From an uncultured Gammaproteobacteria bacterium (lineage in GTDB: Bacteria > Pseudomonadota > Gammaproteobacteria > Steroidobacterales > Steroidobacteraceae): a DNA stretch of 64,000 nucleotides. This document shows, one piece after another, positions 53,783 to 61,841 of the stretch. The DNA lies in contig CAWJXS010000009.1 of assembly GCA_963846885.1 (NCBI GenBank), positions 1,559-65,558 of the forward strand, in the 5' to 3' direction. The notes below the pieces were generated by a model. That model was not told the origin of the DNA and did not search any database. It worked only from the letters and a program-made list of their open reading frames with translations. How positions within the stretch are numbered: position 1 is the first letter of the stretch; the number at the start of each line of letters is the position of its first letter. The position numbers and the translations under genes are program-made.

Positions 53783-54520
53783 TCAGCCGCGGACGCGAAA
53801 ATCGCAGACCAGCGGCCGGTGATCGGACAGCGTGATCTCGGGAATCGAGAACGATTCGATCTCGATGCCCTTCGAGTAAAGGATGAAGTCGAGTTCCATG
53901 CGCGGCTTGCGCGCCGGGTACGACGGCAGGCCCGCGACATTGGCGCTGCGCAGCCCGCTCGCTTCCATGAAGAGGGCAATCTCGTGTTCGCCCCAGAACG
54001 TGTTGAAGTCGCCAGCCACGATCACCGGCTTGGTCGATTTCTTCACCAGCTCGAACACCTGCCGCAGCTGGGCGTGGCGGTGGCGGAACTTGAGCGACAG
54101 GTGCACGAGGAAGACGCAGACGTCGTCGAGCTCGAGCTCGATGATGAGGCGCTTGATGCCGGTGTCGAAGTAGTGGAAACGCTCGCCCTCGACCCGCGGC
54201 GCAGCCAGGAAGGCATTGGACTGCTTGTTCAGGATCGGCACGTACGTGTTGAACGAGCCCGTCCCGTACTTGCACTGGTAGATGGAGTAGTGACCCAGCG
54301 ATTCCGCGATCACCGCGGCCTGGTTCACGTTGCGGGTGCGGATCGAACCGGTGTCGACCTCGATCAGGCCGACGATGTCGGGGTCGGCCGACTTGATGAA
54401 CCGGGTGATGCCCGCCAGGACGCGCTTGTCGCTGCGCAGGTAGCCCGCGCCCGGGACCGGGAGGTGGAAAGCGGCGCCGGTGCCCGTGGCGTAGCGGATG
54501 TTATAAAGCAGAAAGCGCAT
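53783..54520 (-). CDS. endonuclease/exonuclease/phosphatase (EEP) family protein
   Basis: MRFLLYNIRY..., GLIEVD, VAGDFN and LSDHRP are the EEP catalytic motifs. Confidence 0.8.
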   Translation of the reverse strand: MRFLLYNIRYATGTGAAFHLPVPGAGYLRSDKRVLAGITRFIKSADPDIVGLIEVDTGSIRTRNVNQAAVIAESLGHYSIYQCKYGTGSFNTYVPILNKQSNAFLAAPRVEGERFHYFDTGIKRLIIELELDDVCVFLVHLSLKFRHRHAQLRQVFELVKKSTKPVIVAGDFNTFWGEHEIALFMEASGLRSANVAGLPSYPARKPRMELDFILYSKGIEIESFSIPEITLSDHRPLVCDFRVRG

Positions 54521-54580
54521 CAGGCCTCAATTCTACGGCTCCGGGGGATGATCCGGAACGGGATGCGCTAGGCTAGACTA

Positions 54581-55081
54581 TTGCGGCTTGCCGATTGCAA
54601 GGATGTCGACGGAGGCTCCGTGAGCAGCGTCACCCAGAAGAATCCGATCCGCCTGTTCGTCGCGCACGTGTGGGCGAAGGACGACGACTACCTGCGTATA
54701 TTTGAGTACGTAGAAAGCGTACCCAACTTCTTCTACAGCAACACCAGCACGCCCGAAGTGCGGCCGCCCGGCGACCGCGAGGTCCTGCGCGAGTCGCTGC
54801 GCAACCAGATCACCGCGGCAGAAGTCGTCATCGTGCCGGCCACGCTTTACCGCACCAACGTGGACTGGGTCGAGTTCCAGATGCACTGCGCCAAGGCCTA
54901 CGACAAGCCGATCCTCGTGGTCGAGCCGTTTGGCAGCACCGACACGATCGCGCCCGCAGTGCAGGAATTAGCCGATGACGTGGTGCCGTGGGACCGGCGG
55001 CAGTTGATCGATGCGATCAAGCGCGAGGCGCGTCATGAAGAGACGACGCGCTTCGACGTCATCGAGTTCAAGCTCGACTGA
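54581..55081 (+). CDS. stand-alone TIR-like (DUF1863-type) domain protein
   Basis: IRLFVAHVW...AAEVVIVPATLYRTNVDWVEFQMHCAKAYDKPILVVEPFG matches the strand-helix pattern of MTH538/TIR-like domains. Alternative start at GTG 54620, after GGAGG. Assignment is by pattern only. Confidence 0.45.
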   Translation: MRLADCKDVDGGSVSSVTQKNPIRLFVAHVWAKDDDYLRIFEYVESVPNFFYSNTSTPEVRPPGDREVLRESLRNQITAAEVVIVPATLYRTNVDWVEFQMHCAKAYDKPILVVEPFGSTDTIAPAVQELADDVVPWDRRQLIDAIKREARHEETTRFDVIEFKLD

Positions 55082-55457
55082 GGAAAGCCGGGACCTCGAA
55101 CAGGTCGTTGGTGAGCGCGTCGTCGGCGTCGCTGCTGACGATGCGCAGGCGGGGCGCGCTTTCTTGCTCAGCCGACAACACCACGAACATGTCGAAGATC
55201 GCCGCAGCATGCTCCGCGGCGTCGCGTTCAGACATCTTGCGCACTGAAGTCTCAGGGGCTGTCAGGCCGCCGGCGGGCCGGGCCTCGTGCATGGCCGCCT
55301 TCAGGGTGGCGAAGCGGACATGCAGCGCCTCGGGCAGGTCCTGCTCGCGCAGCGCGGCCAGGTGATTCCGGTACGCATCGAGCAGACGCTGCTTGACCGG
55401 GCCACTGCCCACCAGCAGGTGCATCGCCGCCTGAAATTCTTCCCACAAGGCTGCCAT
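55068..55457 (-). CDS. hypothetical helical protein
   Basis: 129-aa ORF with normal codon bias. Its 3' end overlaps the 3' end of the TIR-like gene by 14 nt. Confidence 0.5.
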   Translation of the reverse strand: MAALWEEFQAAMHLLVGSGPVKQRLLDAYRNHLAALREQDLPEALHVRFATLKAAMHEARPAGGLTAPETSVRKMSERDAAEHAAAIFDMFVVLSAEQESAPRLRIVSSDADDALTNDLFEVPAFLSRA

Positions 55458-55680
55458 GGTCTGTCCCCGACTGCCAAAAACTTTTAAAATACAGTGCCTT
55501 GCAGCTTAATCTTAATCTGAAAAGTTCGGACTGGTGTGGCCCGTAAAACCCGATAAGAATCAGCCAAGTACGACATGAATATACGCCAGTGTATTAGAAC
55601 CGCAACGAGGGAATGGTTCCAGTCTGGTCCGTTCCCGGTCCCGCAAACCTCACCCCAGTGCTCCTGCCTATAATCCGCCC

Positions 55681-56745
55681 ATGACCCAGACCACCACCGA
55701 GCCGACGGCATGCCGCGGCTATGCCGCCTCCAGCGCCCAGAGCGGCATGGCGCCGTACGCCTTCACTCGCCGGGCGCTGCGCGCCAACGACGTGCGCATC
55801 GACATCCGCTACTGCGGCGTCTGCCACTCCGACCTGCACCAGGCCCGCAACGACTGGCGCAACACCGTTTATCCCTGCCTCCCCGGGCACGAGATCGTCG
55901 GCCAGGTGGCCGCGGTGGGTCCGGACGTCAAGCGCTACCGGGCGGGGGACTGGGTGGCCGTGGGTTGCCTCGTGGACAGTTGCCGCGATTGCGTCGAATG
56001 CAACGCGGGTCGCGAGGTGTTCTGCAAGAAAGGCGCGACGCTGACCTACAACGGCAAGGACCGGCAGACCGGCGACGTCACGCTGGGCGGCTACTCGTCG
56101 CACATCGTCGTGCGCGAGGACTTCGTGCTGCGCATGCCCGAGGGCCTCGACCCGGCGCGTGCCGCGCCGTTGCTCTGCGCCGGTATCACGACGTACTCGC
56201 CGTTGCGGCACTGGAACGTGGGGCCGGGCTCGCAGGTGGCCGTCGCGGGCCTCGGCGGCCTGGGGCACATGGGCGTCAAGCTGGCGAATGCGCTGGGCGC
56301 CGAAGTCACGGTGATCACGCGCTCGGCTGCCAAGGCTGAAGAGGCGAGGGCGCTTGGCGCGCACCACGTGCTGCTGTCTGCGGATCCGGACGCCATGAAG
56401 CAGGCCGCGGGCCGCTTCGATTTCGTGCTCGACACGATCCCGGTGGTCCACGAACTCGACTCTTCACTGCGACTGCTGCGCACGCACGGTGCGCTGGTCC
56501 TGGTCGGCGTGATCGACACGATTCCCGCCTTCACCAGTCGCCTGCTGATCGGCGGGCGCAAGACGCTGTCGGGCTCGGCCATCGGCGGCATCGCTGAAAC
56601 GCAGGAGTTGCTCGATTTCTGCGCGCAGAAGGGGATCGTGGCGGACTGCGAGATGACGACGATGCCGGAAATCAACACGGCGTTCGAGCGCATGGAAAGG
56701 GGCGACGTCCGCTATCGTTTCGTCGTGGACATGCAGACGCTGTAA
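55681..56745 (+). CDS. Zn-dependent NAD(P) alcohol dehydrogenase (YahK/cinnamyl-ADH-like)
   Basis: GVCHSDLH, PGHEIVG, structural-Zn Cys cluster CRDCVECNAG..FC, GLGGLGH. Confidence 0.92.
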   Translation: MTQTTTEPTACRGYAASSAQSGMAPYAFTRRALRANDVRIDIRYCGVCHSDLHQARNDWRNTVYPCLPGHEIVGQVAAVGPDVKRYRAGDWVAVGCLVDSCRDCVECNAGREVFCKKGATLTYNGKDRQTGDVTLGGYSSHIVVREDFVLRMPEGLDPARAAPLLCAGITTYSPLRHWNVGPGSQVAVAGLGGLGHMGVKLANALGAEVTVITRSAAKAEEARALGAHHVLLSADPDAMKQAAGRFDFVLDTIPVVHELDSSLRLLRTHGALVLVGVIDTIPAFTSRLLIGGRKTLSGSAIGGIAETQELLDFCAQKGIVADCEMTTMPEINTAFERMERGDVRYRFVVDMQTL

Positions 56746-56757
56746 GCGCGCCGCGCG

Positions 56758-57838
56758 ATGCTCGTCTCGACGACGCTCACGGGCAGCAACGCCGACATCA
56801 TCGGCGACGCGCTCGCTTCCGTGGTCACGCAGGTCGATCGCTGCCTGGTCGTCGATACTGGCGCCAAGGACGACACCCTGGCTGTCGCGCGCAGCGTCGC
56901 CGGGGACAAGCTGGTGGTGCGCGAGCTGGCCTGGCCCAACGATTTCGCCGCGGCACGCAACTTCGCCCTCGATGCAGCCACCGAGCTTGGCGGCACCTGG
57001 GCGATCACGGTGGATACGGACGAGCGACTCGTGTTCGACCCGGGCGTCCGGCTGTCGCAGCTGCTGGGTGCCTCGCGCGCCCAGGTGTGCATGGTCGTCG
57101 ACGACCTGGGTAATTACTCCAAAGAGCGCGTCGTGCGCCTGCCGTCGAAAGTGCGCTGGGCCGGTCCCACGCATGAATGCCTGGAGGGACGCACGAGCGC
57201 AGATACCGCGACGCTGCAGGGCGTGCGGTTTCACGAATTGTCCAAAGATCCGGCGGCGATGCGCAGGAAGTTCGAGCGCGACCTGGCCTTGCTCAAGCGC
57301 CATACGCGGCAGCATGCGAAGCAGGCGCGCTGGTATTACTACCTTGGCGCCACGCATCAGCAGCTCGGAGATTACGCCGCAGCGATCGACGCCTTTCGCA
57401 CCTGCGCCGAATTGCGCGGCTGGGAAGAAGAGGGCGCCTGGGCCTGTTATAGGCGCGGCGGAATGCTGCTGCAGCTTGCAGCGCTGGGACGACGCGCTGC
57501 AGTTCTGTGCCGCCGGACTCGCGATCCGGCCCGCCACGGCAGAGCTGGCCTGGCTCGCGGGTTTTGCGGCATACAAGGGCATGCGCTTCGGCGACGCAGT
57601 GGCGTGGTCGCGCATGGCCATCGCCAATGGCCTGTATCGGGGGGACGGCGCGGACTTCGAACGCGTCGGTTTCCGTCATCCGCCGGCCTTGTACGAAGGC
57701 CCGTACGACGTGCTGCGCTGGGCGTACCAGGCGCTTGGCAACTCACAGGCGGCTGCCGCGGCTGCGAATGACTATGAGCAGGCCAGGGCGGCGCGCGAGT
57801 CCGCTGCGGCGCCTGCTGCGGTCGCGCGTGCCGAATGA
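56758..57838 (+). pseudogene. glycosyltransferase-like protein with TPR-like C-terminal half, reading frame broken near 57454
   Basis: ORF 56758.. reads sensibly to ...GWEEEGAWACYR and then becomes Arg-rich junk. The sensible continuation AAECCCSLQRWDDALQFCAAGLAIRP...ALGNSQAAAAAANDYEQ is in the frame of ORF 56972..57838. One extra nucleotide lies at about 57454. Confidence 0.6.
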
Positions 57839-58371
57839 CGGGCACGGCGTTCAGGCGGGGCGTGGTGGACGATGCGACAGCGCTGGCCGAGTTTGCAGCG
57901 AGGACGTTCGCAGAAGCCTTTGGCGCGGCAACCGATCCCGCCGACATGGCAGCGCACCTGGCGGGCACCTATCGTCCCGACCTGCAGGCGGCCGAACTGG
58001 CCGATCCGGACGTCATCACGCTGTTGGCCGTGCAATGCGAGCGCATCGTTGGCTACGCGCAGGTGCGACGCAATGATGCGCCGCCGGCGTGTGTCGTCGC
58101 GCCCGACCCGGTGGAGCTCCAGCGTTTCTATGCGGACGGTTCCGTGCGCGGCACCGGCCTTGCCGCGCAACTGATGCATCGCGCGCTGCAGGCGGCCATC
58201 GAACTGGGTGGGCGACACGCATGGCTCGGCGTGTGGGAACACAACGCACGCGCCATCGCCTTCTACCGCAAGGCGGGTTTCGAGGAGATCGGCCTGACCG
58301 TGTACGTGGTCGGCTCCGACGCACAGACCGACCGAGTGTTCATGACACCGCTTACGCCCCGCAACCAATGA
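57835..58371 (+). CDS. GNAT-family N-acetyltransferase
   Basis: 178 aa with the acetyl-CoA motif LQRFYADGSVRGTGLAAQLM and AIAFYRKAGF. Confidence 0.8.
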   Translation: MTGTAFRRGVVDDATALAEFAARTFAEAFGAATDPADMAAHLAGTYRPDLQAAELADPDVITLLAVQCERIVGYAQVRRNDAPPACVVAPDPVELQRFYADGSVRGTGLAAQLMHRALQAAIELGGRHAWLGVWEHNARAIAFYRKAGFEEIGLTVYVVGSDAQTDRVFMTPLTPRNQ

Positions 58372-59459
58372 GAGGATCGCTCGTGCAACGTTACAAGGTC
58401 GTGCAGTGGGCGACGGGTGGCATGGGCAAGAACTGCCTGCGCGCGATCATCGATCATCCCGCAATGGAACTCGTCGGCGTGTACGTCTACGGCGCCGACA
58501 AGGCAGGGAAGGACGCCGGCGATATCGCGCGCCGCGCTCCCACCGGCGTGCGGGCGACGCGCGACGTCGAGGAGATTCTCGCGCTCGACGCAGACGTCGT
58601 GATTCACGCGGCGCGGCTCGCGCCACCGTACGGCTCGCACGATGCGGACATCATTCGACTGCTTGCCGCGGGCAAGAACGTCATCAGCATCAATGGTTAC
58701 AGCCAGCCACAGCACTGGGGCGGCGAGCGCCTGGCCGCGCTGGAAAGCGCCTGCAGGAAAGGCGGCAGTTCGCTGCTTGGTGCGGGCCTCAACCCCGGCT
58801 TTGCCGGTGAGCAGCTGGCAGTCGTCGCGACGGGTGTCTGCACCGACGTCGACCGCATCGAAGTGATCGAGAGCGTGGATTGCAGGCCCGTGCGCAGTCC
58901 TGCCTATGTGTTCGACATCCTCGGGTTCAACGCTGATCCCGCCGCAGTCGATCCGAACGACCCCGCATGGGGGCCAACCTCATCGCTGAACGGCATGTAT
59001 ACGGAGGTGCTGGCCAACATGGCGACGCACCTGCGGATGCCGCTCGAGCGCGTCGAGACCGAACACAGAGTGTTCGCCGCCGCAGCGGACCTGCACGTGG
59101 GCGCCGGCCTCATTGCAGCGGGACGCGTCAGTCATTTCAACTGGCGCTGGCACGGAATCGTCGCCGGCGCGCCGCGCCTGACGATGTCCATCCACTGGTA
59201 CATGGAAACGACGCACCTCGACGAACCGCAGCCGCCTTTGTGGCGCATCCACGTGGCAGGGCAGCCGGGTGTGCGCATCGCGCTCGACATGGAAAAGCGG
59301 GCGGGCGACACGTCACCCACTTCGGCGGAACAGATTGCAGTCGCGGGCTCGGTGATCAACGCGATTCCCATCGTGTGCGCCGCCGCGCCCGGCGTGATCA
59401 GGCGCCCCCTCGCCACGCCGTTTCAGTACGACCTGAGCGCGCCAGGCCGGGCAGGGTAG
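58368..59459 (+). CDS. NAD(P)-binding oxidoreductase (DapB-N/saccharopine-dehydrogenase-like)
   Basis: ATG 58368 overlaps the GNAT stop (ATGA). KVVQWATGGMGKNCLRAI Rossmann start. Confidence 0.6.
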   Translation: MRGSLVQRYKVVQWATGGMGKNCLRAIIDHPAMELVGVYVYGADKAGKDAGDIARRAPTGVRATRDVEEILALDADVVIHAARLAPPYGSHDADIIRLLAAGKNVISINGYSQPQHWGGERLAALESACRKGGSSLLGAGLNPGFAGEQLAVVATGVCTDVDRIEVIESVDCRPVRSPAYVFDILGFNADPAAVDPNDPAWGPTSSLNGMYTEVLANMATHLRMPLERVETEHRVFAAAADLHVGAGLIAAGRVSHFNWRWHGIVAGAPRLTMSIHWYMETTHLDEPQPPLWRIHVAGQPGVRIALDMEKRAGDTSPTSAEQIAVAGSVINAIPIVCAAAPGVIRRPLATPFQYDLSAPGRAG

Positions 59460-59470
59460 CGAGGGCCGGT

Positions 59471-59941
59471 TCAGTAAGGGCGCCCGTCCTTGTGGAAGTA
59501 GTTGCTGGCGCCGGCACTGTAGCGCCCGGGCTTGAATGCCATGTCGATGTCTGAGTACTCACCGTGGTCCGCGTCATTGCGATTGCCTGCGACCAGGAAC
59601 ACGGCGTCGTCGGCAGAGCGATTCTGCAGGCAATGGCCATTGCGTTCACCCGCAGGGAAACCCGCGCAATCGCCGGCGACCAGGATTTCCTCGCCGTCAT
59701 CGGTGACGAGCACCAGTTCACCCGTCAGCATGTAGACGAACTCGTCTTCATGCGCGTGCCAGTGCCGCTGGCTGGACCACGCACCCGGCGCAAGACGCAC
59801 CAGGTTCACGCCCATCTGTGTGAGGCCGGCAGCCGCGCCGAGCCGATGCCAGCTGCGACCGCGACAGGGAACATCGAAAGGGGCCGGGTAGGTGGAGCCC
59901 GAGCCCTGTGGCGCAGTGGAGAGATCGATCTTCTTCGACAT
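59471..59941 (-). CDS. cupin-domain protein
   Basis: ATG 59941. HWHAHEDEFVYMLTGE...GDCAGFPAG..NGHCLQN are cupin motifs 1 and 2. Confidence 0.8.
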   Translation of the reverse strand: MSKKIDLSTAPQGSGSTYPAPFDVPCRGRSWHRLGAAAGLTQMGVNLVRLAPGAWSSQRHWHAHEDEFVYMLTGELVLVTDDGEEILVAGDCAGFPAGERNGHCLQNRSADDAVFLVAGNRNDADHGEYSDIDMAFKPGRYSAGASNYFHKDGRPY

Positions 59942-60043
59942 GTGGCACCTCCAGTGTCGCGCGCAACCGGTGATGCCGGGCATGGTAACCGTGATGCGGC
60001 GCATAATTGAATGGATCGCGGGCACGGGAGGCCAGGGAATTCC

Positions 60044-61045
60044 ATGAAGGCTGCACTCATCGATCGGTATGGAAGCAAGGCACCCATCAGAGTGGCCGAC
60101 ATTCCCGTGCCATCGATCGGCGACAGGGATCTGCTGGTTCAGGTCCGGGCTGCCAGCGTGAATCCACTCGACTTCAAGATCCGTCGCGGCAAGCTGAAGG
60201 TCTTGTTGAAGTACCGCTTTCCACTGGTGCTGGGCAACGACCTGTCGGGCATCGTCACTGCCGTTGGCGCAGGTGTGACTCGCTTCAAACCTGGCGATGC
60301 GATCTATGCGCGATTGGACAAGGACCGTATAGGCGCGTTCGCCGAGTTCGCTGCTGTGCGGGAAGGCGCGGCAGCGCCGATGCCGGCAAATGTCACTTTC
60401 GAGGAAGCAGCCTCGCTACCGCTGGTCGCACTGACTGCCTGGCAGGCATTGATAGAGATCGGAAAGTTGAGTGCGGGCCAGAAGGTCCTGATTCATGCAG
60501 GCAGCGGCGGTGTCGGCAGCATGGCCATCCAGATCGCGCGTCATCTGGGGGCCACGGTCCTCACGACCGCGGGACAACGCAACGCAGAACTTGTGAAGAG
60601 CCTCGGTGCAGACGTCGCCATCGACTACCGTAGCGTTCGCTTCGAAGACGTGGCCCGCGATTGCGACGTCGTGCTCGACAGCGCCGGCGGCGAAACGCTG
60701 CTCAGGTCGTTTGCATGCGTGAAACCCGGCGGCGTCGTGGTCAGCATCGGCGATACGCCGTCCACGGCCTTTGCTCGCAGCTGGGGCCTGAATCCAGTCA
60801 TGGTCTTCGTGGTGGGCCTGATGTCACGCAAGGCAGAGGCCGCCGCCCGCAAACACCAGGCTCGTTTCGAGTATCTGTTCATGCGGCCTGACGGCGAGCA
60901 GCTGCGACTGATCGCGCAGCTCGTAGAGAGCGGTGAAATCAAACCAGTCATCGACAAGGTCTTTTCGCTGGACCACGTGGGTGACGCGCTGGCGTACTCA
61001 GAGTCCGGTCGGGCAACGGGGAAGGTAGTGATCAAGGTTGCCTGA
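60044..61045 (+). CDS. NADPH:quinone oxidoreductase (MDR superfamily, zeta-crystallin-like)
   Basis: ATG 60044. VQVRAASVNPLDFKIRRG, VLIHAGSGGVGSMAIQIA. Confidence 0.88.
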   Translation: MKAALIDRYGSKAPIRVADIPVPSIGDRDLLVQVRAASVNPLDFKIRRGKLKVLLKYRFPLVLGNDLSGIVTAVGAGVTRFKPGDAIYARLDKDRIGAFAEFAAVREGAAAPMPANVTFEEAASLPLVALTAWQALIEIGKLSAGQKVLIHAGSGGVGSMAIQIARHLGATVLTTAGQRNAELVKSLGADVAIDYRSVRFEDVARDCDVVLDSAGGETLLRSFACVKPGGVVVSIGDTPSTAFARSWGLNPVMVFVVGLMSRKAEAAARKHQARFEYLFMRPDGEQLRLIAQLVESGEIKPVIDKVFSLDHVGDALAYSESGRATGKVVIKVA

Positions 61046-61088
61046 GGCGGCTGATGGCCGGAGGTACGGGTTCATGCGGGGTTCGAGC

Positions 61089-61116
61089 GGTTCGCATAAT
61101 GTATAGCAAGCATTAA
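61089..61116. other. dif-like XerC/XerD site (hybrid att junction of an integrated element)
   Basis: GGTTCGCATAA-TGTATA-GCAAGCATTAA compared with E. coli dif GGTGCGCATAA-TGTATA-TTATGTTAAAT: left arm 10/11, spacer 6/6, right arm degenerate. Lies exactly at the GC-content break. Confidence 0.75.
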
Positions 61117-61119
61117 TTA

Positions 61120-61148
61120 TTGACTGCCGAATTTCGGCGGAATAACAA
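61120..61148 (+). promoter_or_regulatory. candidate sigma-70 promoter with a palindrome in the spacer
   Basis: TTGACT, 17 nt, TAACAA, about 60 nt upstream of the 61209 ORF. The spacer contains CCGAA-T-TTCGG. Confidence 0.35.
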
Positions 61149-61208
61149 TGACTTGCGACGCAGTACAACTTGTGCAGTCTGGCAGCCTCGAAGTGATCAG
61201 ATTCCATC

Positions 61209-61772
61209 GTGGAAGAAAGCGAACAAAAAACACTGGACGCTCGGAATGAGGCATTTCGGTGTCTGGGACGAAACCTCTATCTGATACAGCTAATCGAGCA
61301 CCAGCTAAAGCACTTGGTTGTGCACGCCTCAGTTGAAGGGTACGCGGGGGAGCTTGTCGAGGTGCTAGCGAAGAAATCGAAGCTGGCACGAAAGGCGTCA
61401 ATGGGTACGCTTACAAGTCAGCTCACGACAGCAGTATTCCGGGACACGGCTGACGAGCGACGAGAGCCTGCGAACAATACCGAGGCATGGTTTTCTTTCT
61501 CTTATCGGTTCGAAGCAGACGAGACATTCGTCCGGCAGCGAAAGATGGAACTGCGAAGATTGGTGCGTGAGCGGAACAAGCTAATTCATACGGCGGCTGC
61601 GGAGATCAAACCGGAAGATGCAGAGAAGTGGATCGAACTCATAATGCTGCTAAATGAGCAGAGAAACGAGCTGGCTGCTGAGCACGAGAAGCTTCGGATC
61701 ATGATCGTTGATCTTGCTGAGATGGCAAAGCAATCAGCCCAGGTCATCCAATCTAAACTGCTTCGGGACTGA
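61209..61772 (+). CDS. hypothetical helical protein with an HEPN-type RNxxxH motif (cassette gene A)
   Basis: 187-aa ORF with GTG start in the low-GC island. VRERNKLIH (R122-H127, nt 61572..61589), followed by a coiled-coil-like tail. Confidence 0.55.
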   Translation: MEESEQKTLDARNEAFRCLGRNLYLIQLIEHQLKHLVVHASVEGYAGELVEVLAKKSKLARKASMGTLTSQLTTAVFRDTADERREPANNTEAWFSFSYRFEADETFVRQRKMELRRLVRERNKLIHTAAAEIKPEDAEKWIELIMLLNEQRNELAAEHEKLRIMIVDLAEMAKQSAQVIQSKLLRD

Positions 61773-61841
61773 ATCACGCCAACGTCGCCGAAACGTTTAT
61801 ATAGGCGTGCTGACAAACGCTTGATCGAGGGGCCGAAAGAA

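Noticed and set aside
51744-54275. 843-aa minus-strand ORF in an alternative frame over the FadB-like and EEP genes
   Set aside because: Extremely Arg/Gly/Pro-rich. The other frame encodes clear crotonase and dehydrogenase motifs.
60998-61401. Minus-strand ORFs of 69 and 94 aa crossing the dif-like site and the cassette promoter region
   Set aside because: They straddle the chromosome/element junction, have no ribosome-binding sites and overlap better-supported features.
61773-61841. Weak inverted repeat cacgcc...ggcgtg between cassette genes A and B, as a possible terminator
   Set aside because: Only a 6-bp stem with a ~22-nt loop and no U-tract. Insufficient.
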